DNA from: Callorhinchus milii
Lineage: Eukaryota
DNA: 64,000 nt
Assembly: GCF_018977255.1 (NCBI RefSeq)
Contig: NW_024704742.1
Span: forward strand, 100,008,001-100,072,000
Reading direction: 5' to 3'
Every line of letters starts with the position of its first letter. Positions within the stretch are counted from its first letter, which is position 1. Position numbers and translations under genes: made by a program. Below are positions 1 to 12,569 of the stretch, one piece after another. The notes under the pieces are model-generated. The model had not been told where the DNA came from, ran no database searches, and saw nothing but the letters and a program-made list of their open reading frames with translations.

Positions 1-185
1 ATCCACTTCAGTTCATCTCTGTCCTTCCCTCATTTCCACCTCTGCTTTGGACTTTAGTTATTGTGCTCTTGCTCTTCCCCCACCCCCACTGTAGCTGCAG
101 TTCATATGAATGCCTCAAAACACCCCTCGAGCATTGAAACATAGGGGTCAAAATTGCAATACAGTATGCTTATACATAAGCATTG

Positions 186-428
186 TGGTAGAAATTTCAC
201 CTGGGTCTACACTTGCCCTATTATTGTATCTTTCCAGAGTGTGCAGAATTTTACCAATTGTTCAATTCAATTTTAACTTTGAAGCCCATTTTTTATAGTC
301 TTTTTAAAAAAACTTATGGAAAAATGGTTTCAAAATTAAAGACTGTGTTTCATAATTTGACAAATTCAGCAAGCTCTGAAATGCTACATTAATAGTGTAA
401 ATCTAGAAATAGGTACAATTTTACCCGA
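186..428. repeat. Degenerate foldback (palindromic) element, MITE-like
   Basis: Arms ~186-298 and ~313-428 are reverse-complementary along their length (e.g. ctacacttgccctattattgtatctttccagag vs rc ctagatttacactattaatgtagcatttcagag). Centre is tttttaaaaa. Confidence 0.7.
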
Positions 429-1711
429 TACACTCCTTAATCATCACTGGCTATCATTAAGGAAAAATGCAGTTAAAATGTATCCTTAAAACCTACCCTT
501 TAAAAAAGCAATTCTAGTGGCTAGGAATGGAAAAACCCACTACACTTGCTGTATAAAAAAGTCACAATTCAAATCTAAAATGATTAGAGTATACTTTGAA
601 ACTTGATATCTAAGACACTTAGATGCCAATTAAAAAAAAGTAGCTGCAACTTCCATAAGTGCCAGCTGTTCTTTGAATGGAATATTAATCTTTGTGTGTT
701 TGCTGTTGATTCTTCCTATAACGTCTGGCCAAATCCGAAGTAGAATTAATGCACTTGTACTAAGCTTTCATCTCTGAAATTTTTACTGGAAAACCATTTG
801 GACAGATTTCCAAGCAATTTTAGTGTGAAATAAACTAGTTTCCCAACCTCACTGTTAAATTCAGCAATTGCTTGAAAAAACAGCCAGAATGCGATGTGTT
901 ACACTAAGATCATTTTTATGGACAAAATCAAAAATATAATTTTTTTCACAAGTAATAGACATTCCATTAACTCCAGAGGAAAATGAAATTTCATCCCTCC
1001 CAGACCATAACTATAGGCAATTTTATGCCGTGGTTTGTGTGGACACTTGGAATAGGATTGAAACTGTCAAAATGTGTTTCACTTACAATCCTTACAGTTC
1101 ACAGAAATAGGAGAGCTTCATTCTTTCAATCTGTCTTACATCCAAAACCCAAGAGGTGAAAAGACTGCTCCAACCCATTGGACCGTTCAATCTCTTAATT
1201 AACCATTTGACATTTTTTTTCCAAAACAGTTATTCTGCTTATTCAATTGGGTCAACGTACTGCAAACTTTATATTATGGTTCAGGTTTCTTGGCCTGTTG
1301 GGTAATGTTCCTTGGATACAATTTGCATGGTATTACTTTCATGCTGTATATTCTCAACGCTAGACTAATCTGTCTGATAGACTCTGTCCCCAGATATTCA
1401 CATAAAGCACTTGTTCTCCACAGCACTCTGGCAATATCACTAGAGATACAATAACCTGCCTTCACTTACTTTCTTCTATCCCTAACCATTATTGTTACAC
1501 TGCTCTGAAAAGCCACCAGGAGTTGAACAACATTGTTCAGACAATGTGAAGTGGTTCTGACTTTTTCCTCCTTTGGGAGGCTTTCCCTCAGTTCTCCTGC
1601 CCTGAAAGAGAGGACTCAGCAGCTCTAAACCCCATGTCACTGCCCCTACTGGCATCAAGTGATGATGTGCACTGGATGTCCATAAGGGCTGCTCACAATC
1701 CTTAGCAGTGT

Positions 1712-2052
1712 GGAGTCCAGCAGCATAGTGGTTAGCACGCTCGATCCCTGGGTGGGGCAAAATCTTAGGCAACTTTCCTTGCTTCACAAGCCTCTGCTTA
1801 CCTAGCAGTAAGTAAGAACTTGGTTGTTCCTATTTACTGCTAGTTGATTGGAAGATCACTTTCGGGGAGTAATAATCCCTCGAAAAAAAATTTGGTCACT
1901 CAATCCACAAATATTGTGACACTGCCACAATTAGCTGCTGCATTTCACCCACAAAATACAGTCAATTCACTTTACAATATATTCTGTGAAGCGCTTTGAG
2001 ACGTCTCAATGATGTGATACGGAGCTATATCAAATGAAGCATTATTATTATT
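1712..2052 (+). mobile_element. tRNA-derived SINE, long variant, degenerate head
   Basis: ggagtcc..gtggttag head, cctagcagtaagta segment, shared 3' body, (TTA)n tail. Confidence 0.85.
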
Positions 2053-2126
2053 AGCGCCTTGGGACGTCCTCCTGACGTGAAAGGCGCTTTATAAATGGAA
2101 TCTTGTTGTTGTTGTTGTTGTTGTTG
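2053..2126 (+). mobile_element. L2 LINE 3' terminal fragment
   Basis: agcgccttgggacgtcctcctgacgtgaaaggcgc..(TTG)n matches the ends of the L2 copies at 38070 and 61468. Flanked by 7-bp direct repeat tattagc. Confidence 0.9.
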
Positions 2127-3233
2127 TATTAGCACTGGTACAAATTGTGCTACATTCCTTAGCCTTTCTTCACAGAAAAAACAAAGATCAGAAATAAAGT
2201 TTGCAAAAATATTTCTCAGCTTTGATTTCTTTATTACAAATCATATCCACTTCTCTCACTCTATTCTCACTCCAATTCCCCCTCACCCTTTCCCCAAGCT
2301 TCATGCTGGCAACTCTTTGCAGCATAACCTAACAAGGACTGAAAGCCTGTGATAAACAACAAAAACTATCTCTGCTTCAGCAGCTGAATGAATGACCCTT
2401 GTGACTTTGTGAAGTCAGCCACACAAGGAACTGAATGCAGCTACAAGTTTTGTGTCAAAGCCAATATTCTTTCTGCTCTGTAGCTGTTGCCAGGTCATTA
2501 TATTTGTTTCTCTGATCCTTCTTTTGCTGCTAGGTTTCCCTGTTGCCATATTGAATTTTTTCAAATCAACGGTTGACCTGTGTGTTCACTCTGAGTCATT
2601 TTTTTCCTCATTCACTTATATTTTGTTCTGTGAGCAGTGCTAATCAGTTCCCATTATCCACTGGGTTTAGCTTGTTAACAGTAAATGGAATCACAGATTC
2701 AGATAGCAGCTCTGCATCAATATCAGGCCTCATGTTACTCACTCTTGCATGAAGACATTTAATTTATTCACATTAAAAAGATATTGCGTTTTGTTTTTAA
2801 AGTGATACTTTTAATTAAGATAACGTTTTTGACTTTTCTGTCATGTTGTAATGAATAGCAGCATAAATCGCTATTGGTTCTATAAGTAAGAACCGCGGAA
2901 AACCAGCTTCCAAAATAAGACTGCATTTAAGCACATCCCAATTTTGAGCCCAATTTTAAATTTTAAAACAACAATCTTAAGTTGGAGACAATGAGAAATG
3001 TCAGTCCTCTAAGTGCTTGTACTGTAGATCAATGATATAAGTTTGTTTATAACAAGGTGATTTGATCTGATCCTTCCAATAAACACTGACCTCTTTTTCC
3101 CTTTGATTTACTTAAAGAAATGTTTCCAGCCTGAAACCAAGCTACTGAAGGTGAAAAAATTGTGTTACTATAAATTCATCAGTCATCCTATTTATAGACA
3201 AATACATTCCATTAACTATTTGCTTCGATCACA

Positions 3234-3447
3234 CTCCTTCCCGCCCTTGCCCTCCACCCCTCCCGATCCTGAACCCAGCTCGGGTTTGAAACACTGATTG
3301 TCCAGCTACTTGGACATCCTCCTGACGTGAAAGGTGCTATACAAATGTAATTTTGTTGTTGTTGTTGCAGTCAGGCTCTGCCACTGTTAAGCGCTCTGAG
3401 ACTCTACCTTGTGTGGAGGGAGCGATATAAGTGCAAGTTGTTGTTGT
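3234..3447 (+). mobile_element. Two tandem L2 3' ends (3234-3367 and 3368-3447)
   Basis: Two different L2 stem-loop tails, each ending in (TTG)n. Confidence 0.8.
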
Positions 3448-4404
3448 ACAAAACAGTCCTTCATATTTGTAGCTTCAGTTCTTTGTACTTGATGCTCTCT
3501 AATGTTTTCTCAACAACACAATTTCACAAGTAAAAAGCTTCTGCAAAGGGATGTTTTCCTAACATGAAGATGTGCATTAGCATTGAAATCATTTCAATTT
3601 CTGATGTACAAAGTGGAAAATTAATGGCAAGCTTTGGAACTGAATCACATCACCTCTTGCAATATGCAGGAAAATGAATTGTAATAGATGTATTCTGTGT
3701 GGAATTGGTATCAGATGATCAGTTAATCATGATGGGGCTTGCCAATGTTTTGGTCTAGACAACCACAAAAAAGTCTGAAGGATATACTGGGTCGTCTGAG
3801 CCAGCAATAGAAACAGTATACTTCAGCAGCACTGGGAGATAACGACTGCAATATGCACAGCACTGAAGCAGACAATGAGAAGCAGATGCTATTGCTGCAG
3901 ATCTTGACAGTTTTTACTAGCACACAAATCACTCTGCTTTTCCCTTTTGAGTGATCAGCATGTGGTTTCCACCTTAGCTACGTGCATATACATGGACTGC
4001 AGATGCAGTTGATCCAGGACAATGATACATTCTCTATCAGTGAGCAGAGCAATTCTTCTGTGGAAACATGGACAAGCGTTTAGCAAGACATATTGTCAAT
4101 CTCAGTACAATACTAGCATCTTTTAGACTAACCTCAGATATCTTCTTCAATGACAGATATGGCTAAATCAGACACTAATACCTTAATAACAGTGCTTCCT
4201 GCCATTTTGACATCTCCTCATACATACGCTGTAATGTAATGTAATGGGATATTAATAATGGGATATTAAGTTTCATTAATTTGGTCTTAGTTTCAATTTT
4301 GCCAATTATCACATCCTACCACCACACATTGTACTGTTACATCAAATATTTTGATGATAGTTTTATATAATAAACTATCTGCAAATTATATAAACTAAAT
4401 TTGA

Positions 4405-4461
4405 AGTGCTCCAGGACGCTACCCCACGTGAAGGGGGCTATATAAATGCAAATTGTTGTTG
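4405..4461 (+). mobile_element. L2 3' tail fragment
   Basis: ccaggacgctaccccacgtg..tataaatgcaaattgttgttg, same tail type as at 53770-53830. Confidence 0.75.
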
Positions 4462-4477
4462 TATATATTTTTGATGT

Positions 4478-4840
4478 AGTGTCAGCCTGGTTCAATTGGT
4501 AGCATTCTCTTCCCTCTGAGTCGGAAGGTTGTGGGTTCAAGCTTCATGTTGGGACTTTGAACTCACAACCTAGGCTGACACTCCAGTGCAGTGCTGGGCG
4601 AGTGCTGCATTCTCAGAGGTCATCCCATGGCACTATTCAAAAAGAGAAGGGAGTTTCTCCCCGTGTCCTGGTCAACAGTTCCACAAATAAAATTGGTCCT
4701 TCACTTAATGGCCATTTATGGGAGTGTCTGCTATGTTCTCCTAAATATACATGATCAAATTAAGCTCTTTGAGACACACTTCCGATGTGAAAGGCACTAT
4801 ATCAAAAGCAAGGATTATTATTATTGTTATTATTATTATT
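4478..4840 (+). mobile_element. DeuSINE-type (SacSINE/AmnSINE-like) tRNA SINE
   Basis: gtcagcc..ggtagc..ctctgagtc..gttgtgggttcaag head, catcccatggcactattc core, L2-type tail and (TTA)n. Confidence 0.8.
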
Positions 4841-4962
4841 GTTTAAATGCAAAATTAATTGCATTCTTTAGTTCCTTATTGCAGAATTGTCAGATACTCT
4901 ATTTGGAATGGGAGAGAGTAGCTGTCACTTGGGGAACTGTAAAATATTCTCAACAAAATATA

Positions 4963-5276
4963 GAAGTCCTGTAGCTCGGTGGTTAGAGCACTCACCTTGC
5001 ACGCGAGAGACCTGGGTTCGATTTTCAGCAGGGCGAAACCATGGGCAACTTTCCTTACTCCACATGCCTGATATTAATCCCTCAAGACAAAAAACAACAA
5101 TAATAAAATTGGTCACTTCAATCCGCTACTGTCTGTGGGACACTGCTGTGCGTAATTGGCTGCTGCATTTCACCCACAAATATACAGTCAATTCACTTTA
5201 CAGCATATTCTGTGAAGCGCTTTGAGACTTATAGAAGACGTGAAAAGTGCTATATCAAATGGAAGGATTATTATTA
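4963..5276 (+). mobile_element. tRNA(Ala)-derived SINE, short variant, full length
   Basis: gtcctgtagctc..ggttagagc (A box), ggttcgatt (B box), body, stem-loop tail, ggattattatta. Confidence 0.92.
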
Positions 5277-6128
5277 AAATTCATTTCCACATAGCACAGG
5301 GCAACCTTCTCGAAAGAAGGCAATGTTCATTTCCAATTGAATAGCGATTAATAGCGCATGTAAAGCTCTGAAGCTCTTGTCAAGATTATATTGTGCTGAG
5401 TACAGTATTTTGTAATTTGAAAGATAATATACAATTTCTCTTGTATACTCAATTCATGGAATGATTGTTTTTATCAGTCTCTGAAACTAGCTGTGGGGTA
5501 CAGGAGTAAAGGGAGTTTCTCAGGCATTATCCTATAAAACAAATAGGATAATGTGAAATATGAATGACAATCAGAGGATGCAGTAAATGAGTCATTCCCT
5601 GACTGTTGCTGCAAACCATATGAACTGCAGGATGCTTGTGACTAGTGGTCACAAATAGCTTAAGATTCTGCAAGCAAAAGTAAACTAATTTCTCTGTGGG
5701 TTCAAAAGCCATCCCCATTTCTTGTTGTTAGGGATGGCACTCCAATTATAACTGTGTGACACATTGTTAGTGAGTGGTTAATGGTTTGTGTAGCCCTGGT
5801 GATTATTCTGTTAGTCATTCTCTGCAATGTGGCTGAGCTAAACCTGTGGTTAGATAGAGGATGCATCAGCTGCATATTCCAGTGGATTTTAAAATCTTCA
5901 GTAGCTCGTAATCAGTGGTTTATTTAATTCATGTATTCTGGCTGTGTGCATGGTTTACTGTTACGAAAAGGAAAATGTGTCAGCGGGATATAAGTAAATC
6001 ACAGCAGATTAAGCTACTTATACCTCTAAGGAACTTATATTCTGGTGCAGCTGAATCATGGACATATAAGGATACTACATAAAAGCACAACAGACACACA
6101 TATATGTACATACACATATGTATAGTAC

Positions 6129-6506
6129 AGTCCTGTAGCTCAGTGGTTAGAGCACTCACCTCGCAAGCGAGAGACCTGCGTTTGATTCCCAGCAGAACGA
6201 AGTGTTGAACAAGTTTCCTTACTCCACACGCCTCTGTTTACCTAGCAGAAGTAGGAACCCAGTTGTTAATCGATTGGCGGTTCGTTTTTCCGGTGGTAAT
6301 AATTCCTTCAAAAAAATGATAATAATAAATTGGTCACTCAATCCACGACTGTTTGTGGCACACTGATGTGCACAATTGGCTGCCGCATTTCGCCCACAAA
6401 ATATACGGTTAATTCACTTTGCAGTATATTCTGTGAAGCGCTTTGAGACGTCCTGAAGACATGACAAAATGCTGTATCAAAAGTAAGGATTATTACTGTT
6501 ATTATT
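6129..6506 (+). mobile_element. tRNA(Ala)-derived SINE, long variant, full length
   Basis: Same head plus extra ctctgtttacctagcag..gttaatcgattggcgg segment. Confidence 0.92.
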
Positions 6507-7659
6507 GATACGCAACTCGAGTACAATATGCCCATTCACTTTCATAATTTGATTAAAGGCCAGATCACATCAGAGGCTGCTCTGTGTGCTGTTTGCACAA
6601 TGGTGAATGTTAACATTTCAAAGAGATTGGTATAAAGGAAGAAAAATGAAAGCAATGAATTCTATTCAGGGGCTGGATCGTGGAGAAGGGAATATTGTAG
6701 GGAAGGGAATATGGGTGACCCAGTAGCGGTCTTGATCCTCTAAAACATCAAGGTGGTGGTATATTACAAGTGGTCCTGTATTGTTCCCACCTTGCTGAAG
6801 ACAGCTGGCTGTCGAATAGCTGATGAAGAAATTCTGAGGATTAGGATAGCAGCTGCTGCAAACATTACTTGGAGTCCTGGGTTTGTGAACACTTGCTTAT
6901 ATATCTGGGACTTGATATCCACCTTAATTGGTATTCAGAGAGGAAAGCAGCTGCTGCTCAAGCTCAGCACCTCCAACTGGTGGAATCATCGCTCAATACT
7001 TAGAGACGTGTATCCAAGTCGTGGGCAGCATGATAGCAATGCTTTCACACATTTCATGCTAGGTTATGTTGCTTGCTCACAAGGAGTCCCTAGTACCAGC
7101 TATCCATCAAGCAAGGACTCAAACCCGTGCTTGGTGAGTCTCGAATGACCAACTGATGACCATCCATTTCGCCCACAAAATATTACAGTCAATTAATTTT
7201 ATAGTACTCAAAGGCACTGTTCATGACAATCCATCTAGCCTAGATCATCTGCATGACTTAGAAGGTCAGACTAGTCACAGAGGGTAGAGATTCTTTCCAC
7301 TCATTTCCTAATTTCCATGTATAGATTCTGTACGTATTGGAACTGTCAATCTGGTTTGGATACTCATAAGCACGGTGATAGATGGGTTTCCATGGGTGAC
7401 AAACACTCAGCTGACCCAAATCAAAATGGTGTGTGGATTAATAGAGGCTGTGAAGTGAGTTTTCTTTCATAAAACTACATTTATTGAAGTACTTCTCTGT
7501 TGGGTTCCTTAGTTCTTTTGTAGTTGAATTCACTTTTCCCTTTTCTAAAATGAAATTTGAATAAAGGAGAGCAGTAATGGCAGTGTAAAAGCCGCAGCTC
7601 AAAATGATCGAACGTTGGATAAATTAGTGGTATAAGACTAATGTGTTCACATTGTGTTT

Positions 7660-7954
7660 GCCTCGGTTGACCTAGCAGTAAGTAGGAAGTAGGAACAGTA
7701 AGTACGAACTTGGTTGTTAGTCGATTGTGGGATCACTTTTCCAGGAGTAATAATCCCTTAAAAAAAAAAAAAGTAATAATTTGATCACTCAATCCACGAC
7801 TATTTGTGGGACACTGCTGTGCACAATTGGCTGCTGCGTTTCACCCACAAAATATACAATCAATTCACTTTACAATATATTCTCTGAAGCTCTTTTAGAC
7901 GTGTCAAAGACGTGATAAGGAGCTGTATCAAATTCAAGGATTATTATTATTATT
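7660..7954 (+). mobile_element. 5'-truncated SINE, long variant
   Basis: Homologous to 6230-6506. Confidence 0.88.
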
Positions 7955-9454
7955 GTTCTTGACACCACAGGCACGGTCTAAAACATATTTTAATGACCCC
8001 CCCCACCCCCCGCCTCATACATTCTTGTTTTTCCAGCTCCACACACAAATACTGATTAATGTTTCTGTACAGTTGTTAACTCCCCCCACCCAGCTGTTAA
8101 AGTGTCAGTAGGTGTAAATACTGAATCAACTCTTGTAGCAGTCTAACACTCTGCCACATTTCATCCATGTAGGTGAGATATTACAGCTGTTATCAGTCTC
8201 AATTACAAATACAGGCAGACAATTTACCAGAGCCTTCCCCCTACTCCACTGACGTACTATAAAAACAATGATTAAAGAAGCTTGCACAAATATACTTCTG
8301 TCTCATCGCTTTATAACAGTGATTTTTTGCCCTATTTCCTTTTTGTTGTTAACAATTAATAACTATAAAATATTTCTTCACACTTTGTAAGTAACACAAC
8401 AGCTACCTGGCTGTTCAGCCAAAAAGGTCATTGTATATTTGATTGTTTTAACTGGAACATTTTTAGATCCAGGAAAAACGCTGACAAATGATTTAGAAAC
8501 ATATGTACCACAGCACTAGAGATTGCATGATTTTTTTAAAGTTGTATCATAACATGCAATATACATCTCACACCAGTAATTAAAGTCCCTGAATATTACT
8601 GTGCACAAACAAGTCATTCTTCCCATCAAACCTGCACTGGTGTTTTTCTTCACGTGAGCCACTTAAAATATTCCCACTTCCTCCGGGTTGGAATTCTGGT
8701 CAGGGTACCATGTAACAATTTCAATAGAACTTACATTTATATACCATAACACCTTTCACATCAGGATGACATCTCAAAGTGACCAGTTTGACAATGTGGG
8801 TTTATAATGGGGAAATCGATATTGGAGGCTGACATTGTCAATGCAGATGCACGGAATACCATCGGGAATATCAAACCACCAATCACTCCCTAATGCCTTT
8901 GATATTCCTCTTTTATCAAGTATTCATCTAATTCAGATCTGAGCCCAGGGAATTACACTGAGTACATTGTAATATCATTACTGCATCAGCCGGTGGCCTA
9001 CATTGCAAATTGATAGTATGTTGATCTAATTCACAAAGACATACACTGAAGTCATCATCATGTTTTAATTTAATGAGATATTTGTAAATTTGCAATGTGA
9101 TATGTCACACTGAACATCTTTGAAATGATGGCATGTTATTGCAACAAGTTGGGTTCCCTATGCCTTGTGAATGCCTGTTGATTCAAATGTACTTGAATCA
9201 AATTGCTTCTTAATCGTTCAACCACAAAGAGGTTACATTCAGCTTCATGCAGGATGATCAAGCTGGATATGATCACCAGAATTTATGCAGAGGGCTGCCT
9301 CAAGTCCTGTTTGATTGATGGCTGAAATCTACAGATCCTTCTTCATCCATATCTCTCTTGTGACCTTATGAAGTAACCTTAGTCTGTAGTCAGCCTGAGA
9401 TAACAAAGGTGGATTCAATTGGGAAGGTTTGCGACCCATTTACTTTCAATCCTG

Positions 9455-9570
9455 ACATAATCCTTGCATTTGATATAGCCTTTCACGTCAGAGAATTTCT
9501 CAAAGGGCTTCACTGGATTTACTGTAAAGTGACTGGATATTTTTCTAGGCAGACTTATTTTGTAGGCAAA
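9455..9570 (-). mobile_element. SINE 3' fragment
   Basis: ataatccttgcatttgatatagcctttcacgtc = reverse complement of the SINE tail. Confidence 0.75.
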
Positions 9571-11104
9571 CATAGACATATCCAAAGAAACAAATCTTTT
9601 GCAAACACACTCTGCATTCTCTTAATTACGATAATCATTGATGCTACGATTTGACTAGGAATGGGTAAAAGATCAGTCAATATTTTGCTACTGGTTTCAG
9701 TCACTATGCACTCTGAAACACTTTCCCTAAATACCTCTGTGCTTTCAAATCTACCTCTTTCATAGTCAATTCCCTCTACCCCACACCACTCCCCCATTTA
9801 CCACTTTGTTTGTATCTCGACTCCACCACTGCCCTTGTAGCTGTTACTCTACGTGAAAGACGATGTATAAATGTTGCAATCATTGGCCAGCATTGTTGGA
9901 CTCATTCGGGTCAAATTGGCAGTACTCATAACCGGGATTTGTTTCATTAATTGCAACTTTCCCTTTACGGAATTTACAACAAAACTGCAAATGAATTGTG
10001 AGGCAAACTCACAACGCCAGGGTAGAAACAGCATTGGCAGCAAGTCATTTAAAACAAGCACTGTCACAGATTTAAATGTTTANTTTTTTAAACCCTCTCT
10101 CAGCAGGACCAGGGCAGTCAGTTTCCTCAGGATATGTTGAAGAAACTATTTGCCTTGATTGTAAATTCTTTGGTTTTAATCCCACACCAAAACTACATCT
10201 GTGCTTTCCTCTTTATATGTTGCCACCCGGATATGGAATGGCATAAACAACAAATTAATTACTTTCTCAAGAAATGCATCCTTTTGAGTTCTTTGCCTTG
10301 CGATTTATTTGTGGGCTTGTTCTCATATTTTTATATGCTCCTCATCCAGCCATATGCATAACATCTCACTTTCTAGTTCGTCCAAACCACAAGTCTCTAT
10401 GTATGCCAAAAGCAGTTATCCAGACCCATTATAAGTTGTAAATTATTGACAGCTGACTCCAGTTTATAGTGAACAGCCACAACAGCAATAATATTGAGAG
10501 TTTTTCAAATTGTACGGCTTTTCTGTCCGTCTCTCTCTCTTCCCTCCTGCAGTTTTTTGGAGGTATACATTACTGCCAGCGCAATCTCTTTGTATTTCAG
10601 ATCTTAACAGCACAGTTGTCCATGTGTTCCTACAACAAACAGAATAGTTATTCTTGTGAGAAACATTTGTCAATCTCAGCGACTTTGTGAAAGATGTCAC
10701 GGAAACGTGTCATCCACACACTCAGTCAGTTTGTCTTTGCTTAATATACAATGTTCAGCTTTGCACCACAATCATAATCTTAAATTTTACCTAAGGATCG
10801 CATCCCTGTTGTATATTTAGCTCTGAATATTGATCGCACTTTCCTGCTATTCGCAGGAGAAATGAATGAATGAATAAATAGTGTCTGTAATACCAGAACG
10901 CAAAGATTTGGGTGTTCACACTGCTGAGTTGGAATTTTCAATGCTGTTTGCAAACTATGTTCAACAGACAAGTAATAAACTATAGCAAGCTGCAGAGGCA
11001 CTATGGACCTCAGAGACAACAAGGTTAAACTAATAATTTGTTATTATTAAGAATATTAATTAAAAGGCCAAAGTCCAGAGTGCAGGACACCACCAAAGCT
11101 GAAA

Positions 11105-11335
11105 AGGAAGAAAGAACTTGCATTTTTCATCGCCTTTATCAAATAATAATGTCTCATAGTGCTTCACAAATAGTTACAATAAGATGTAGTGATTGTTTTT
11201 GTAGGTAGATGTAGACTTTGGCAGCAAAATGCCACAAACAGCCATGAGGTGAGTGCCCGGTTAGTCTGGAGGATTGTAGGCCAAGACATCAGGGAATTAC
11301 TCCCTTTTCATTCCAAATAATTTCCAGGGTTCTGT
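11105..11335 (-). mobile_element. Old degenerate DeuSINE-type remnant
   Basis: aagaaagaacttgcattt..ccacaaacagccatga..ggccaagacatcaggga resemble the reverse complement of the Deu body and tail. Confidence 0.55.
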
Positions 11336-11364
11336 AGGATAAATAGGGAGAACCTAAGACTACA

Positions 11365-11494
11365 GGCAAATAACTGCATATGCTGGAAATCTGGTATAAA
11401 CACAGAATGCTGGGAACACACAGCAGGTCAGGCAGCATCTATGGAGAGAGGAAAATAAGTTAACGTTTCAAGTCAATGACCTTTCATCAGAACT
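11365..11494 (-). mobile_element. Short Penelope-like (pLTR-type) insertion with 17-bp TSD
   Basis: Flanked by gagaacctaagactaca (11348-11364) and gagaacctaggactaca (11495-11511). Body gatgctgcctgacctgctg..ccagcatt resembles an abundant chondrichthyan Penelope-type terminal repeat (recalled, not searched). Confidence 0.8.
11458..11494 (-). ncRNA. Minimal type I hammerhead ribozyme motif
   Basis: Minus strand AGUU-CUGAUGA-A-AGGUC-AUU-GACUU-GAAA-CGUU-AACU: conserved core, 5-bp stem II, palindromic AACGUU at helix III, 4-bp stem I. Confidence 0.7.
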
Positions 11495-12045
11495 GAGAAC
11501 CTAGGACTACATGGCTGAGATATAGAGAATCCTTTTGGGGAATGGAGACTTCATCCTGAGTATTAGTTCAGGACTCAAGCTATACAACAAGATTAGGGAT
11601 ATAGAGAAACTAGACTAAAGGAACAGAGGCCACACTCCCCCTTCCTCTGTTTCCATTTCAAAGACAGCTGGGGAAAATTGAGATTCTATAGGAATATCTG
11701 TATTGCTCAGTTTTTTATGTTGGACACAGCATCAGCCCATTATTGCTCGTGGCTCTTTTTGAACATGAATGTTGTCTATGTATTTGGGATGAAAAATTTG
11801 ATATTTCATAAAAGATGTGATCAAATCTTTATTTTTTTTACATTATTCAAAGACATAATAAATTAATAAATAGCAATTAGCTGATGTCAAGATTGTGGAT
11901 TGTTAGGGGAGAGGAAGAAAATGATGATGACGGGGGGAGAGAGGAGGGAAAAAAGTTCTTCAGTCTTGAGGTTACTCGACAGTTGTGAGTCATGAATTCC
12001 AAGTGCAGGCATCAATCCTTTCTCTCTAAAATCGGCACATTCATG

Positions 12046-12216
12046 TTCAATCCACAACTGTTTGTGGGACACTGGTGTGCGCAATTGGCTGCTGCGTTTC
12101 ACCCACAAAATATACGGTCAATTCACTTTACAGTATATTCTGTGAAGAGCTTTGAGACGTCTAGAAGACGTGAAAAGCTATATCAAATGCAAGGATTATT
12201 ATTATTTATTATTATT
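12046..12216 (+). mobile_element. SINE 3' half
   Basis: Body, gacgtctagaagacgt stem-loop and (TTA)n. Confidence 0.9.
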
Positions 12217-12569
12217 AAAGCACATACAATATCAGAGACGATTCCTAGATATTTTATGGGAGATTTATGACCTTTGGTGCACGTTTGTATTCAATCTTCT
12301 TTGAAATAACTTATTTGCAGTTTCATAAAAATCTCTGGAAGGGAGCAAGACACATTGCACATTACCAACTAAAGCATTTTACTCTTTTTTTAATAAGCCA
12401 GAATTCAAAACTATGTAAACATAGAGATGTACATGTAAATATTTACACATCAAAAAGTATGTGTTAATGCTGGGTCAGAGCTGGTGTTAGTGTAATGACA
12501 GGGAAAAGCCATTAAGTGCTCACAGCAGGGCCAGAACAGAATTGTACAGAGGTGGTATAGGGCCAAGAG

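Noticed and set aside
6753..7148. 131-aa ORF (and the 117-aa ORF at 20886-21239 and 105-aa ORF at 26940-27257)
   Set aside because: No recognisable domain or exon structure. Lengths are within chance expectation for 64 kb.
10083..10083. Ambiguous base n (also 35574 and 35693)
   Set aside because: Single-base assembly ambiguities beside homopolymers, not biological
10515..10690. Strong polypyrimidine tract plus CAG on + (also 47150-47166 on + and 44375-44392 on -)
   Set aside because: No recognisable reading frame or good donor downstream, so an exon cannot be supported without RNA data
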